Source of the DNA: Alphaproteobacteria bacterium
GTDB lineage: Bacteria; Pseudomonadota; Alphaproteobacteria; SP197
Assembly (NCBI GenBank): GCA_964291415.2
Contig: OZ219920.1
Location: 192,001-256,000, forward strand
Length of the DNA stretch: 64,000 nucleotides
Direction: 5' to 3'
Positions 63,749-64,000 of this stretch are shown one piece after another. The position numbers were made by a program, and so were the translations under genes. Position 1 is the first letter of the stretch. Each line of letters begins with the position of its first letter. The notes below the pieces were generated by a model. The model saw only the letters and a list, made by a program, of their open reading frames with translations, ran no database searches and was not told where the DNA came from.

Positions 63749-64000
63749 CGCCGGCACCTCACGGCATGCGCCGGGACTCCAAAGGTCAGGGTTTCCCTCG
63801 CTGTTGCGTCGACACGTTCATCCGGGAGCTGTTGCGAACGAGGCAAGAGGGGGTGCCCGACCTCGACAACGCACACGGGAAGACGACTTCGACTGCATGG
63901 CGCACTATGATGCCGTCGCTTGCCGTTGGACTGTCATTATCTCCCCTCGTGAACCGCCGCAGTCGTTGGGACCATGACACTGTCGCCCCGTGCTTGTGAC

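Overview
GC-rich alphaproteobacterial chromosome segment (gene content and order resemble Rhodospirillales; this is an inference), mostly core genes: petABC, hemF, guaBA, bamB-der, purF-cvpA, mlaEF, alr-dnaB, rpsF-rpsR-rplI, fabD-fabG-acpP-fabF-mltG, yicC-gmk, rlmE, a CCA-type enzyme and tRNA-Gln(CTG). It also carries a conserved but uncharacterised MoxR AAA+/vWA operon. Accessory-looking parts are: (i) 1-4.7 kb, with katG/oxyR, an amber-interrupted TfoX-like gene, a haloalkane-dehalogenase-like hydrolase and a heavily eroded tyrosine-integrase remnant that is not called as a single ORF; (ii) 20.5-26.7 kb, with a TRAP transporter, an FMN-binding protein and an orphan Tat-exported ABC binding protein; (iii) 53.5-64 kb, with methylated amino-acid catabolic enzymes, VapBC and a HEAT-repeat protein carrying a beta-clamp-like QPDLF motif. 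Noteworthy non-coding signals are a structured ~195-nt katG leader, a triple 11-bp operator or recombination-like array between convergent genes at 35.3 kb, a perfect 19-bp inverted repeat and an SD-led uORF before the DMGDH-like gene. No CRISPR array, rRNA or intact mobile element was seen. I found no unambiguous new multi-gene system; the best candidates are ranked in findings. All calls come from motif recognition by eye, with no database searches.
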